Source: Thermoplasmata archaeon
GTDB taxonomy: Archaea; Thermoplasmatota; Thermoplasmata; Lutacidiplasmatales; UBA184
Assembly: GCA_021790425.1 (NCBI GenBank)
Contig: JAJYEA010000001.1
Span: forward strand, 67,015 to 131,014
DNA: 64,000 nucleotides
Reading direction: 5' to 3'
How positions within the stretch are numbered: position 1 is the first letter of the stretch; every line of letters begins with the position of its first letter. The translations under genes and the position numbers were made by a program. The notes under the pieces are model-generated. The model searched no databases, was not told the DNA's origin, and was given only the letters and a program-made list of their open reading frames with translations. Shown here piece after piece: positions 9,561-18,327 of this stretch.

Positions 9561-9659
9561 GGGGCGGCCGAGAAGGGAAGAGAATTTAGTGCTGCCGCTC
9601 CGTCCGCCGGCTCGGCCGCGGCGGCCGCTCCCCCCTTCCGGGCGGGTGATCGCGCGAGG

Positions 9660-12600
9660 TTACTGGGTACGTGCTCCGGTCGGCGGGGAGGATGGGGCGT
9701 TGCCCGGGGGGGCCTGCTCGGGTCGCTTCGGCTTCCGCGTGAGGACCACTACCGCCACCACGGTGCCCACGATCACGGCCCCGATCAGCGCCCACCAGAC
9801 CCAGTCCGGCGTTCCGCTCCCGCTCGTCGCACTCCCGCTGGCGGCGACCACCGTCACCACCGTCGTCGTGCTCGCCGAGTGCGAGGCCGTGTCCGTCACC
9901 GTCACCGTTACCGTGTAGTTCCCCGTCTGCGTCGGCGTGCACGTCAGCGCGTCCGTGTCCTGGCTCGCGCATCCCGTCGGGAGCCCCGTGTAGGCATACG
10001 TCAGCGCCCCCGACCCGCCCGACGCCGTCACGTAGAGCGTCGTCTGCGCGTTCACCGTCACCGGGCTCGGGGAGGCGTAGAAGCTCTGGATCGTCGGGCT
10101 CCCGGGCGCCGCCAGGACCGTCAGGATCGCCTGGCCCTGTCCGGAGTACCCGTTCGCGTCCGTCACCGTCACGGTCACCGTGAAGGCGCCCGTCACCGTG
10201 CTCACGCACTTGAGCGAGGCCACGTTCGCCGAGAGGCACCCGCTCGGGAGCTGCGCGTAGGCATACATGTAGGGGGACGTCCCGCTCGAGACCGTCACGT
10301 TGAGGTAGCTCGTCCCTCCCAGCGAGACCGTCGCGGGAGAGGCCGTGAACGAGCTCACCACCGGCACCGTGTAGACCGTGAAGGTGGTCTGCGCCGTGGT
10401 CGAGCGCGGCGTGCTCGCCGAGTCGTGCACCGTCACCGTCACGGAGTAGGTCGTGGTGGTGGTGACCGTGGTGGAGCAGACCAGCTGGGTCGCGTTCACG
10501 CTCGGGCAGGTTCCCGGCTGACCGGTGTAGGCGTAGGTCAGCGGCCCCGCTCCGCCCGACGTTCCCACCGACAGGGTGGTGGTGCCCCCCGAGACGAGCG
10601 TGGCCGGGCTCGCCTGGAAGGAGGTGATGGCGGGGGCCGGCGGCAACCCCGCGACGCTCACCGTGAAGGCGGCCGTCTGGGTGACCGAGTGGGGGGTGGA
10701 GGCGGAGTCCGAGACCGTCACGGTCACGGAGTAGGTCGTGGTGGTGGTGACCGTGGTGGAGCAGACCAGCTGGGTCGCGTTCACGCTCGGGCAGGTTCCC
10801 GGCTGACCGGTGTAGGCGTAGGTCAGAGGTCCGACCCCTCCCGAGGCGGAGACGTTGAGGAAGGTGGTGCCGCCCGAGGGGATGGTGGCCGGCGAGGCCG
10901 TGAAGGCGCTGATCGTCGGTCCCGTTCCCACCGGGGCGTTCACTGTGAAGGTGGTCGTCTTCGTCGCCGTGTGGGGAGTGGACGCGGAGTCCGAGACCGT
11001 CACGGTCACCGTGTAGGTCGTGGTGGAGGTGACCGTGGTGGAGCAGACGAGCTGGGTCGCGTTCACGCTCGGGCAGGTTCCCGGCTGACCGGTGTAGGCG
11101 TAGGTCAGAGGTCCGACCCCTCCCGTGGCGGAGACGTTGAGGTAGGTGGTGCCGCCCGAGGGGATGGTGCCGGGCGAGGCGGTGAACGTCGAGATGACCG
11201 GCCCCGTGCCCGGGACGTTCACGGTGAAGGAGGCCGTCTTCGTGGCCGTGTGGGGCGTGGAGGCCGAGTCCGAGACCGTCACCGTCACGGTGTAGGCCGT
11301 GGTGGCCGTGGCCGTGGTGGAACAGACCAGCTGGGTCGCGTTAGCGCTCGGGCAGGATGCCGGCTGACCGGTGTAGGCGTAGGACAGGGGTCCGACCCCT
11401 CCGGTGGCCGTGACGTTGAGGTAGGTGGTGCCGCCCGAGGGGATGATGACCGGCGAGGCCGTGAAGGCGCTGATCGTCGGTCCCGTTCCCACCGGGGCGT
11501 TCACCGTGAAGGTGGCCGTCTTCGTCGCCGTGTGGGGAGTAGACGCGGAGTCGGAGACCGTCACGGTCACGGTGTAGGTCGTGGTGGAGGTGACCGTGGT
11601 GGAACAGACCAGCTGAGTGGCGTTCACGCTCGGGCAGGTTCCCGGCTGACCGGTGTAGGCGTAGGTCAGAGGTCCGACCCCTCCGGTGGCCGTGACGTTG
11701 AGGTAGGTGGTGCCGCCCGAGGGGATGGTGGCCGGCGAGGCGGTAAAGGCGCTGATCGTCGGGCCGCTCACCGCCGTGCCGGTCACGTGGACGGTCACCG
11801 AGTTGGAGGTGGCGGTTGAGCTGCCTCCGGTGACGGTGACGGTGGCCTGGTAGATGCCCGGCGTGGTGTAGGCGTGGGTGGTGTAGTAGGTGGAGGTGGT
11901 GGCGGTCCCTCCGTCTCCGAAGGTCCACGCGTAGGAATAGCCGGTCAGGGAGGCGGGTCCTCCCGCCACGTCAGCGCTGAAGCCCACTCCGAGGGAGGCG
12001 GGGCCGAAGGTCACGTTCGCGCTGAGGATCGCGGTGAGCGTGGCGGTCGGGCTGGGATTGGCGTTCTGTGCCGCCACGAGCTGGGCAAGCTGAGAGACGT
12101 TGAAGCTCCCCAGTCCCGTGACCGCGTCCCACCCGGGGGTGGTGGTGTAGCCGGAACCCGAGACCTTGTTGTTGCCCACGACGATGTCGTGGAACCCGAT
12201 GTGGTAGTTGGAGGTCTTGGCGATCGCGTAGAGGTCGTAGTCCGCCATCCCGTTGGCCTTGGTCGCGGTGCCGTTGTACTGGTACATGATGTCCAGCATG
12301 GCGGCGGAGGCGGGAGTTGCCAGGGACGTGCCCGCGCTCAGGGAGAACTTCGTGCTGAAGCTGCTGTCGTAGAGGACCACCCAGGTTCCGCCGATCGCGG
12401 CGATGTCGGGGATCCCCCGGTGCGTGTTGCTGAATCCGGTCATCCCGGTCTGGTAGGCCGGCGCGGCGATCGTCTTCGAGTAGCCGCCCCCGGACCCCGC
12501 GTCGTTCGCCCCCGTCGACGTGCAGGTGGGGTCGTTCGTGCCGTTCCAGGCGAACTCCGCACGGAAGCCTCCGCTCGGCAGGGGGTAGACCTGGGTTCCG

Positions 12601-14114
12601 CCCACTCCGACGCCGTAGGGGCTGTCCGCCGGCGGGTCCGAGCCGGTGGAAAGGTCAAGGGAACCGCAGTCGCCGCTCGCCGAGAGGTAGCTCTGGCCCT
12701 GGGCGGCCGCCGTCGTCCAGTAGCTCGTCGTGTACGAGGCACCCCAGCTGTTGGAGGTGATGTACACGCCGTTCGAGAGGGTGTTCCAAGTCCCGTCTCC
12801 CTCGTCGATCGCGCTGTTCGACAGGTCGACCTCGAGGGTGGCGTTGGGAGCCATCGAATGGGCCCACTCGATGTCGAGCATCGTCTCGCCCGCCCATCCC
12901 GACGAGCCGGAAGTGCACTTCGCAGCCGTGTTCCCACTGCCGATCAGCTGGAGGGTGCTGGTAGTGAACTGCGGCAGTCCCATCCAGAGGGAGAAGCGGT
13001 TCGCGTCCGCAAGGTAGCTCGTGTAGCTCGGGTCGCACATCTCGTCGAGGCCGATCTTGGTCCCCGCGCCCGTGTGGCCCATGGCGTAGAGGGGAAGGAT
13101 GTCGTAGAAGGTCTGGAGCGTCCGAGGCGAGATCCCGGGGAAGACCCCGACCGTGTAGGTGACGGAGTTCCCGCCGGAGTCGTTCACGAAGACGGTGATG
13201 TTCCAGCAGGCGGCGCTGTTGCAGTAGTCTGCCTGGGCCGGGTTGTAGTACATGTGGAGGGCCTTCAACTGGGCGGCGCTGGTCGTGAAGTGGTTGATCG
13301 TTCCGTCACCCCAGTGCCAGCTGACGGAGTAGGGGGCGGTCCCGCCCGTGATGTTGAGCTGGTAGGAGCCGTTGTAGTTGGTGGGCGGGTTCACAAAGGT
13401 CCCGGTCCCGGCATAGATGAAGAACGGACCGTTCATGCTCATGTTGAGCGTGATCGTGGCCGCGGGGTTGGCCGCCACGGGGGACCCCGCCAGGGGGCTC
13501 CACTGCAGGAGGTTCTGAGGGACCGGGGGGTTCACGGTCTGGAACCCTCCGTCGATCTTGACGAGGGAGGCGAGCGAACTGGGAAGCTGGAGGGGGGTGG
13601 CGGGGTAGTACCCGACGTGACCCGGCGCGCGGGCGGTCACGTAGGTGGTGCCGAAGGCGGCGTCCATGGCGGACGCGGGCCCTTGCACGTTCCACATGAG
13701 CGGGCCGACCGGGCTGACCTGCACACCCTGGCTGGTCAGGTAGCTCTCTAGGGAGGCCTGGGCCTGGGGAGACGGGCCGAAGAGTTCGTTGAACTGGTTT
13801 CCGGTGAGGAACTGATGATACAGGGGGGAAGACGGATCGTACAGGTCCTGGATGAGTTGGGCTTGTCCCTGGGGGTCATGGGTCTGGAACGTCAGCGACC
13901 CCACGACCATGTGGTCCGGGGCGAGGGGCGATCCGAGTGCGAGGTCCGCCGGCCGCACCATGGGCCCTGCCAACGGGACCAGGCTTCCCACAGACGGCGC
14001 CGGTGCGGATGCGACGGTGGCCCCCGCGGCCACGGCCCCTGGAGAGAAGGCCATGAGCATCGCGATGCCGAAGATCAACACTAGGTTCCACTTCACCATG
14101 CCAGACGCCGACAT
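9660..14114 (-). CDS. membrane-anchored surface protease: signal peptide, pro-kumamolisin-like propeptide, sedolisin (S53) catalytic domain, PKD domain, 7 x ~94-aa two-Cys Ig-like repeats, C-terminal TM
   Basis: S53 motifs GWAGETMLDIEW (Glu/Asp) and SAGTSLATPASAAM (SGTS Ser). PKD signature YAWTFGDGGT...THAY. Repeats of the form GPTISAFTASP..GGTTYLNVTATGGVGPLTYAYTGQPGTCPS..LVCSTT..TVTVTVSDSAS. C-terminal helix LIGAVIVGTVVAVVVL plus RKPKR. ATG at 14114 (MSASGMVKWNLVLIFGIAMLMA signal peptide), with TATA-like ccttaaatcc ~30 nt upstream. The track's start at 14216 is a 5' extension. Confidence 0.8.
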   Translation of the reverse strand: MSASGMVKWNLVLIFGIAMLMAFSPGAVAAGATVASAPAPSVGSLVPLAGPMVRPADLALGSPLAPDHMVVGSLTFQTHDPQGQAQLIQDLYDPSSPLYHQFLTGNQFNELFGPSPQAQASLESYLTSQGVQVSPVGPLMWNVQGPASAMDAAFGTTYVTARAPGHVGYYPATPLQLPSSLASLVKIDGGFQTVNPPVPQNLLQWSPLAGSPVAANPAATITLNMSMNGPFFIYAGTGTFVNPPTNYNGSYQLNITGGTAPYSVSWHWGDGTINHFTTSAAQLKALHMYYNPAQADYCNSAACWNITVFVNDSGGNSVTYTVGVFPGISPRTLQTFYDILPLYAMGHTGAGTKIGLDEMCDPSYTSYLADANRFSLWMGLPQFTTSTLQLIGSGNTAAKCTSGSSGWAGETMLDIEWAHSMAPNATLEVDLSNSAIDEGDGTWNTLSNGVYITSNSWGASYTTSYWTTAAAQGQSYLSASGDCGSLDLSTGSDPPADSPYGVGVGGTQVYPLPSGGFRAEFAWNGTNDPTCTSTGANDAGSGGGYSKTIAAPAYQTGMTGFSNTHRGIPDIAAIGGTWVVLYDSSFSTKFSLSAGTSLATPASAAMLDIMYQYNGTATKANGMADYDLYAIAKTSNYHIGFHDIVVGNNKVSGSGYTTTPGWDAVTGLGSFNVSQLAQLVAAQNANPSPTATLTAILSANVTFGPASLGVGFSADVAGGPASLTGYSYAWTFGDGGTATTSTYYTTHAYTTPGIYQATVTVTGGSSTATSNSVTVHVTGTAVSGPTISAFTASPATIPSGGTTYLNVTATGGVGPLTYAYTGQPGTCPSVNATQLVCSTTVTSTTTYTVTVTVSDSASTPHTATKTATFTVNAPVGTGPTISAFTASPVIIPSGGTTYLNVTATGGVGPLSYAYTGQPASCPSANATQLVCSTTATATTAYTVTVTVSDSASTPHTATKTASFTVNVPGTGPVISTFTASPGTIPSGGTTYLNVSATGGVGPLTYAYTGQPGTCPSVNATQLVCSTTVTSTTTYTVTVTVSDSASTPHTATKTTTFTVNAPVGTGPTISAFTASPATIPSGGTTFLNVSASGGVGPLTYAYTGQPGTCPSVNATQLVCSTTVTTTTTYSVTVTVSDSASTPHSVTQTAAFTVSVAGLPPAPAITSFQASPATLVSGGTTTLSVGTSGGAGPLTYAYTGQPGTCPSVNATQLVCSTTVTTTTTYSVTVTVHDSASTPRSTTAQTTFTVYTVPVVSSFTASPATVSLGGTSYLNVTVSSGTSPYMYAYAQLPSGCLSANVASLKCVSTVTGAFTVTVTVTDANGYSGQGQAILTVLAAPGSPTIQSFYASPSPVTVNAQTTLYVTASGGSGALTYAYTGLPTGCASQDTDALTCTPTQTGNYTVTVTVTDTASHSASTTTVVTVVAASGSATSGSGTPDWVWWALIGAVIVGTVVAVVVLTRKPKRPEQAPPGNAPSSPPTGARTQ
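10300..11800. repeat. tandem ~285-bp near-identical coding repeats (5 copies) inside the protease gene
   Basis: A >100-bp identical stretch (cggagtaggtcgtggtggtggtgaccgtggtggagcagaccagctgggtcgcgttcacgctcgggcaggttcccggctgaccggtgtaggcgtaggtcag) recurs at ~10442, ~10727, ~11010, ~11290 and ~11570. Confidence 0.8.
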
Positions 14115-14386
14115 GCGCTGGGCCAACCTCGCAATGTCCTTAAATCCTTGCATGCCCGGGGGAGCGCCCGGCTCGCCCAGGCGACCTCTGAGAATCGAAG
14201 GCCCCGCCGTGGCCACACGGGATCGGTCGGGGCAGCGTGCGGGAAGGCTCCCTCAAAGAAAGGGACCTTGCTGGAAAAGGAAAAGCGGACACTTGCCGAG
14301 GCCGGAGCCTACGGGTGCCTCTTTCCCGGAGCCTGGCTCCGGACCAAGCGGGCCATGACCTCTTCCCCCGCGCGGCCGGCCCGCAC

Positions 14387-15340
14387 CTAGGGCGCGTGCT
14401 CGAACGAGATGCCGTGGCGCAGGGTCCCGACCGGGTCGACCTCGATCTCCACGACGTCCCCGTCCCGCAGGTAGCGCTCTCCTTGGTGGGCGGCCACCCC
14501 GGAGGGGGTGCCGGTGGTGACCACGTCCCCCGGTCCGAGGGTGTTGACCTCGCTGAGGTAGGAGAGGATCTCCTCGCACGAGAAGATCATGTCGTCCGTC
14601 GAGCCGTCCTGCCGCAGACCGCCGTTCACGCGGGTCCGGATCGTGGCACGAAACTCGGGCAGGAACTCGCGGGGCAGGATCCAGGGGCCGATAGGGAGAG
14701 ACCCGTCGAAGGCCTTGCCCATGACCCAGTTCTTGCCGTAGCGGGGGGACTCCCGGAACTGGTAGTCGCGCAGGCTGAGGTCGTTGGTCACCGTGTAGCC
14801 GAAGATCGCCTCCCCGGCTTCCGCCCGGGACCAGTGCTTCCCGCGCTTCCCGAGCACGATCCCGATCTCGCCCTCATAATCGACCTTCTGGGCCTGCCGG
14901 GGGAGGACCACACGGGTGTCCTGGGGTACCGCGGACGAGGCGAACTTGAGGAAGAAGTAGGGCTCCGAACGCTCCTGCATCCCCGACTCGGCCGAGTGGG
15001 AACGGAAGTTCACCGCGGGGCAGAAGATGCGGCGGACCGGGAGGGGGGTCAGGTAACTGGCGGGCGCGGGCACTTCCTCAAGCTCGACCGTGTCCCGGGC
15101 CTCCCAGAGCAAGGCCATCGTCTCCGGGTCGTCGACGGGAAACGTACCGGCATGCCGGGGGGCGAAGTAGCGCGTCCCGGTGGAGAGGAGCCAGACAGGA
15201 GGGCGGCCGTGCGGCGCGCCGCGGAGGAGATAACGGAGGTCGGCCCGGGGCACGGAGGATGCGCTCACAGGGGCCCCGGACCCGACCCGTCGGCGTCCCT
15301 CTTCGCCCGGAGGAACTGGTGCGCGTCCCGTTCGAACCAC
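14387..15340 (-). CDS. fumarylacetoacetate hydrolase (FAH) family protein (2-keto-4-pentenoate hydratase/HpcE-like)
   Basis: Catalytic-domain motifs PVRRIFCPAVNFRSHSAESG, KFASS, DYEGEIGIVLGKRG, VTNDLSLRD, MIFSCEEILSYLS, GDVVTTGTP. Start is uncertain: GTG at 15340 or 15253, or ATG at ~15117. The N-terminal beta domain RYLLRGAPHGRPPVWLL argues for an upstream start. Confidence 0.75.
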   Translation of the reverse strand: MVRTGRAPVPPGEEGRRRVGSGAPVSASSVPRADLRYLLRGAPHGRPPVWLLSTGTRYFAPRHAGTFPVDDPETMALLWEARDTVELEEVPAPASYLTPLPVRRIFCPAVNFRSHSAESGMQERSEPYFFLKFASSAVPQDTRVVLPRQAQKVDYEGEIGIVLGKRGKHWSRAEAGEAIFGYTVTNDLSLRDYQFRESPRYGKNWVMGKAFDGSLPIGPWILPREFLPEFRATIRTRVNGGLRQDGSTDDMIFSCEEILSYLSEVNTLGPGDVVTTGTPSGVAAHQGERYLRDGDVVEIEVDPVGTLRHGISFEHAP

Positions 15341-15535
15341 GGCAGGGAGTTGGAACCGGAGACCACACCGGTCGTGTCGGTTGCCGCATCAGGGTCGGGC
15401 CCCATCGTAACCGGAGCTCGCGACCGAACTGGCGAACGACTCCCGCCCATCGGCGGGCGCAGGGCCGGAGACTATTTGGGGGAGACGCGAAGGGCGCATG
15501 GGCGCTGCATCCCACCGCACAGGTGCGAGCCCCCG

Positions 15536-15548
15536 CGCTCCTTTAAAT
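15536..15548 (+). promoter_or_regulatory. TATA box (cctttaaatgcgc) for the 15583 gene
   Basis: TTTAAA lies ~40 nt upstream of the ATG, flanked by direct GCGCTC repeats. Confidence 0.35.
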
Positions 15549-15582
15549 GCGCTCACCCTATCAGCGCCTTCGGAACTACGGC

Positions 15583-16888
15583 CATGCAGGGAGCGGGGGG
15601 AACGAGCGGACAAGGAGATCCCGAGCGAGAACTCTACCAACGCGTCCTGCTGTTCACCGGAAAGAACTCCCGGAACGGCCAGAAACCGGTGGGTCGCGAA
15701 GACTACTTGCGGAACATGCGCAAGGTCTTCGGCATCGGCAATTTCCAACGCATCGTGGAAACCCTCGGCGCCCTGGACCGCGATGGGCTCCTCAACCTCG
15801 AGTTCCTGGGACCGGATGACTTCCGGGTCGTCGTCACCCCCACCGGGATCGAGTTGATCCGACGGCTCGACCGCGGCGAACCTGCCACGATCCCGGCCGC
15901 AGGCTCCCCCTTGCCAGTCCCACCCCCGCCCCCCCCAGAGCCTGCCGCCGCCGAGCCCGAGGTCACGGAGCCGGTGGCAGAGGCGGAACCGAGCCCTGAA
16001 GAGACCGTCGAGACCGAGGCGCCCGAGGCGGCGCCGGAAGCCGGGGCCGAGGACACCGAAGAGGAGACGCCCTCAACGGAAGAGGAAGTGGCATCCGGAG
16101 AGGAGCAGCCTGCAGCGGAACCCGAGATAGAGCCGGACGGGGTCGCGGAAGCGGCACCGGAAGAGGCCCCCGAGAACGGGGAAGAGGTCCCGGCCGAAGC
16201 CGAGGGAGAGAACCCGGAACTGGTATCCGAAGAGGAGGTTCCGGAGGCGGCTCCCGAGGACGGAGAGGAGGCACCCTCCGACGAAGGGGAGAGTTCCGCA
16301 GAACCCCCCATCACGGACATGATCACCTCGATGCAGGCCACGATGACCCGCGTTCGCGAGAGCCATGCACCCCTTCCCCCCCAGTCCGCACCCCGTGCCG
16401 ACCGACCGTCGCCCCTGGCCGGGCGGCCGGGGACCGGGATGGCCCCCGAGGAGATCCGGGAGGCACGGGAGAACCTCGACCGACGCGAGAAGGTGCTCCG
16501 CGAACGCTCGCGGGGGCTCGCGCAACGCGAGCTCGAACTCAACCAGCGCGAGGAGTCCTTCGACGAGACACGGAAGCTCCTGGAAACCGAGCTCAACCGC
16601 GCCAAGTCCGAGTACGACCGCGTCCTCGCCGAGACACGCGGGCGGCTCTCCAAGCTCGAGGAGCGGGACCGGCGCATCACCGAGCGCGAGAAGACGCTTA
16701 GCACCCGTCTGGCCTCCCTGGAGCAGCGGGAGACCACGCTGGTCCAGCACGCCCAATCCTTGGTCGAACAGGAAGAGTCCCTCGAGGAACTCGAGTCCCG
16801 CCGGGCCGAGACCCGGGAGAACCTGAAGCAGACGCGGGCCGACCTCGACGCGCACGTCCGCCGTCACCAGACCCCTCCCTCCGCGTAG
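15583..16888 (+). CDS. hypothetical protein: N-terminal ~95-aa globular (possibly winged-helix) domain, ~170-aa Pro/Glu/Ala-rich acidic linker, ~180-aa C-terminal coiled coil
   Basis: ATG at 15583 (MQGAGGTSGQG). The track's longer ORF (from 14237) is antisense to the FAH gene. Coiled-coil heptads run through LDRREKVLRERSRGLAQRELELNQREESFDETRKLLETELNRAKSEYDRVLAETRGRLSKLEERDRRITEREKTLSTRLASLEQRETTLVQ. I recognise no family. Confidence 0.6.
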
Positions 16889-16898
16889 GCGCAGCACC

Positions 16899-17447
16899 AT
16901 GACCACCACCTCCCGCGACGTCTCGGTCACGCTCGAGGGGGAGGTATACGTGGGGGAACAGAGCGCTCCCCTGCGCCTGCGGGTCTCCCAGACCCTGGTC
17001 CCCGAGGAGGGGAAGGCGGTCAGCGACGAGGAGGTGACCCGCGCGGCCGCGGCGCTCAAGCGGACGCTCCTCGTCACGCTCAAGACCCTCGGGTCCGAGG
17101 AGTCCGAGCTGCGTCCATCGGTGACGTACTCGGGACCGACCCGGAGCATCGAGGTCCTCCGCGAGATCTACACGCCCCGTTCCCCCGATCACGTCGATGC
17201 GCTGCTCTGGGAGGGGGAGATCAGCCGGGAGGAGCACGGCCTCCTCCTGGGGACCTTGCGCACGCGGGGCGAGACCGTCGCTCCCGCGCCGGCGCACCTT
17301 CCGCGGCCGGTGCCGGTGCTGATCGAGGAGCTCAAGCTCCAGGACATGCGCGACGTCAACCGGGCCCGCGGGAAGCGGGTGATCAGCTACGACGAGTGGC
17401 TGGCGCTCAAACAGCACTTCGCCCGGGTCGGTGCGCCCTCGGCGTGA
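16899..17447 (+). CDS. hypothetical protein (182 aa), co-operonic with the coiled-coil protein
   Basis: Starts 11 nt after the upstream stop. High GC3. No recognisable domain. Confidence 0.5.
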   Translation: MTTTSRDVSVTLEGEVYVGEQSAPLRLRVSQTLVPEEGKAVSDEEVTRAAAALKRTLLVTLKTLGSEESELRPSVTYSGPTRSIEVLREIYTPRSPDHVDALLWEGEISREEHGLLLGTLRTRGETVAPAPAHLPRPVPVLIEELKLQDMRDVNRARGKRVISYDEWLALKQHFARVGAPSA

Positions 17448-17465
17448 GCCGGGGTCCCGCGGACG

Positions 17466-18266
17466 TCAGAGCACCTTGAGGTTCCGCTTCTGGGCATCGC
17501 TGATGCCCTGCTCGATCCCGTCCACGATGGAGACGATCGCGTCCCCGTGGTACTCCCAGATCCGCCCGCCGTCCGCCAGCTCGGAGAGCTTCGGTTCGAC
17601 GGGGAGACGGCCGAGGAAGGGGATGTTGTGCGCCTTCGTCATCGACTCGGCGTGGCTCTTGCCGTAGGGTTCGAAGGACTCCCCGCAGTGCGGGCACGTG
17701 ACGGTGGCCATGTTCTCGATGAGCCCGGCGAGGGGGACGTGGAGCTCCTCGGCCATGTTGATGGCCTTCTTCACGATCAGGGCGGAGAGCTCCTGGGGGG
17801 TGGAAACGAAGACCATCCCGTCCGTCGGGATCGTCTGGAAGACCGTGAGGGGGACGTCGGAGGTGCCCGGCGGCATGTCGAGGAAAAGGTAGTCCAGCGG
17901 GCCCCAGTTGACCGACCCGAAGAACTGGGTGATGAGGCGGGTCACGAGCGGCCCGCGCCAGATGACCGGCCGGTCCTCGTCCTCCAGCAGGAACTGGCTC
18001 GAGACGACCCGGATCCCTCCCGGCGTGAGCATCGGCTCGATCCCCTCCCCGCGGTCCTTGAGCGGCCCGGAGAGACCGAAGAGCTTGGGGATGGAGGCGC
18101 CGGTGACGTCGGCGTCAAGGATCCCCACGAGCCGCCCCCGACGGGCCATCTCGCTCGCGACGAGGGCCGTGACGGTGGACTTGCCCACGCCCCCCTTGCC
18201 GCTCCCGATGGCGATGATCTGCTTGAGATTCCCTTTGGGTAGTCGCTGAAGAGCTCCTCCTGCCAT
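17466..18266 (-). CDS. mrp: Mrp/NBP35 (ApbC) family iron-sulfur cluster carrier ATPase
   Basis: Walker A IAIGSGKGGVGKST, Mrp signature, C-terminal CPHCGESFEPYG. ATG at 18266 (MAGGALQRL). The track's start at 18440 is an upstream extension. Confidence 0.85.
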   Translation of the reverse strand: MAGGALQRLPKGNLKQIIAIGSGKGGVGKSTVTALVASEMARRGRLVGILDADVTGASIPKLFGLSGPLKDRGEGIEPMLTPGGIRVVSSQFLLEDEDRPVIWRGPLVTRLITQFFGSVNWGPLDYLFLDMPPGTSDVPLTVFQTIPTDGMVFVSTPQELSALIVKKAINMAEELHVPLAGLIENMATVTCPHCGESFEPYGKSHAESMTKAHNIPFLGRLPVEPKLSELADGGRIWEYHGDAIVSIVDGIEQGISDAQKRNLKVL

Positions 18267-18295
18267 GCGCTCGCCTCGGACTTCCCACCAAGCGA

Positions 18296-18306
18296 GCCTA
18301 TTTAAC
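18296..18306. promoter_or_regulatory. shared near-palindromic TATA element (cctatttaacg) between divergent mrp and acs
   Basis: Centred ~35 nt upstream of the minus-strand ATG (18266) and ~27 nt upstream of the plus-strand ATG (18328). Reads tatttaa on the plus strand and gttaaata on the minus strand. Confidence 0.4.
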
Positions 18307-18327
18307 GCGAAGCCGCTCCCGCCGTCC

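Noticed and set aside
10300-11800. Regularly spaced repeats as a possible CRISPR array
   Set aside because: Period is ~285 bp with no short spacer/repeat alternation. The repeats are in-frame coding sequence of Ig-like domains. No cas genes in the window.
9879-13751. Long plus-strand ORFs 9879-11819 and 11874-13751 (646 and 625 aa)
   Set aside because: Antisense to the S53 surface protease gene. Extremely R/G/V-rich, which is a typical high-GC antisense artefact. Their repetitiveness merely mirrors the coding repeats.
14237-15582. 5' portion of the 883-aa plus ORF 14237-16888
   Set aside because: Overlaps the FAH gene in antisense with R/G/P-rich composition. The real gene starts at ATG 15583 behind a TTTAAA box.
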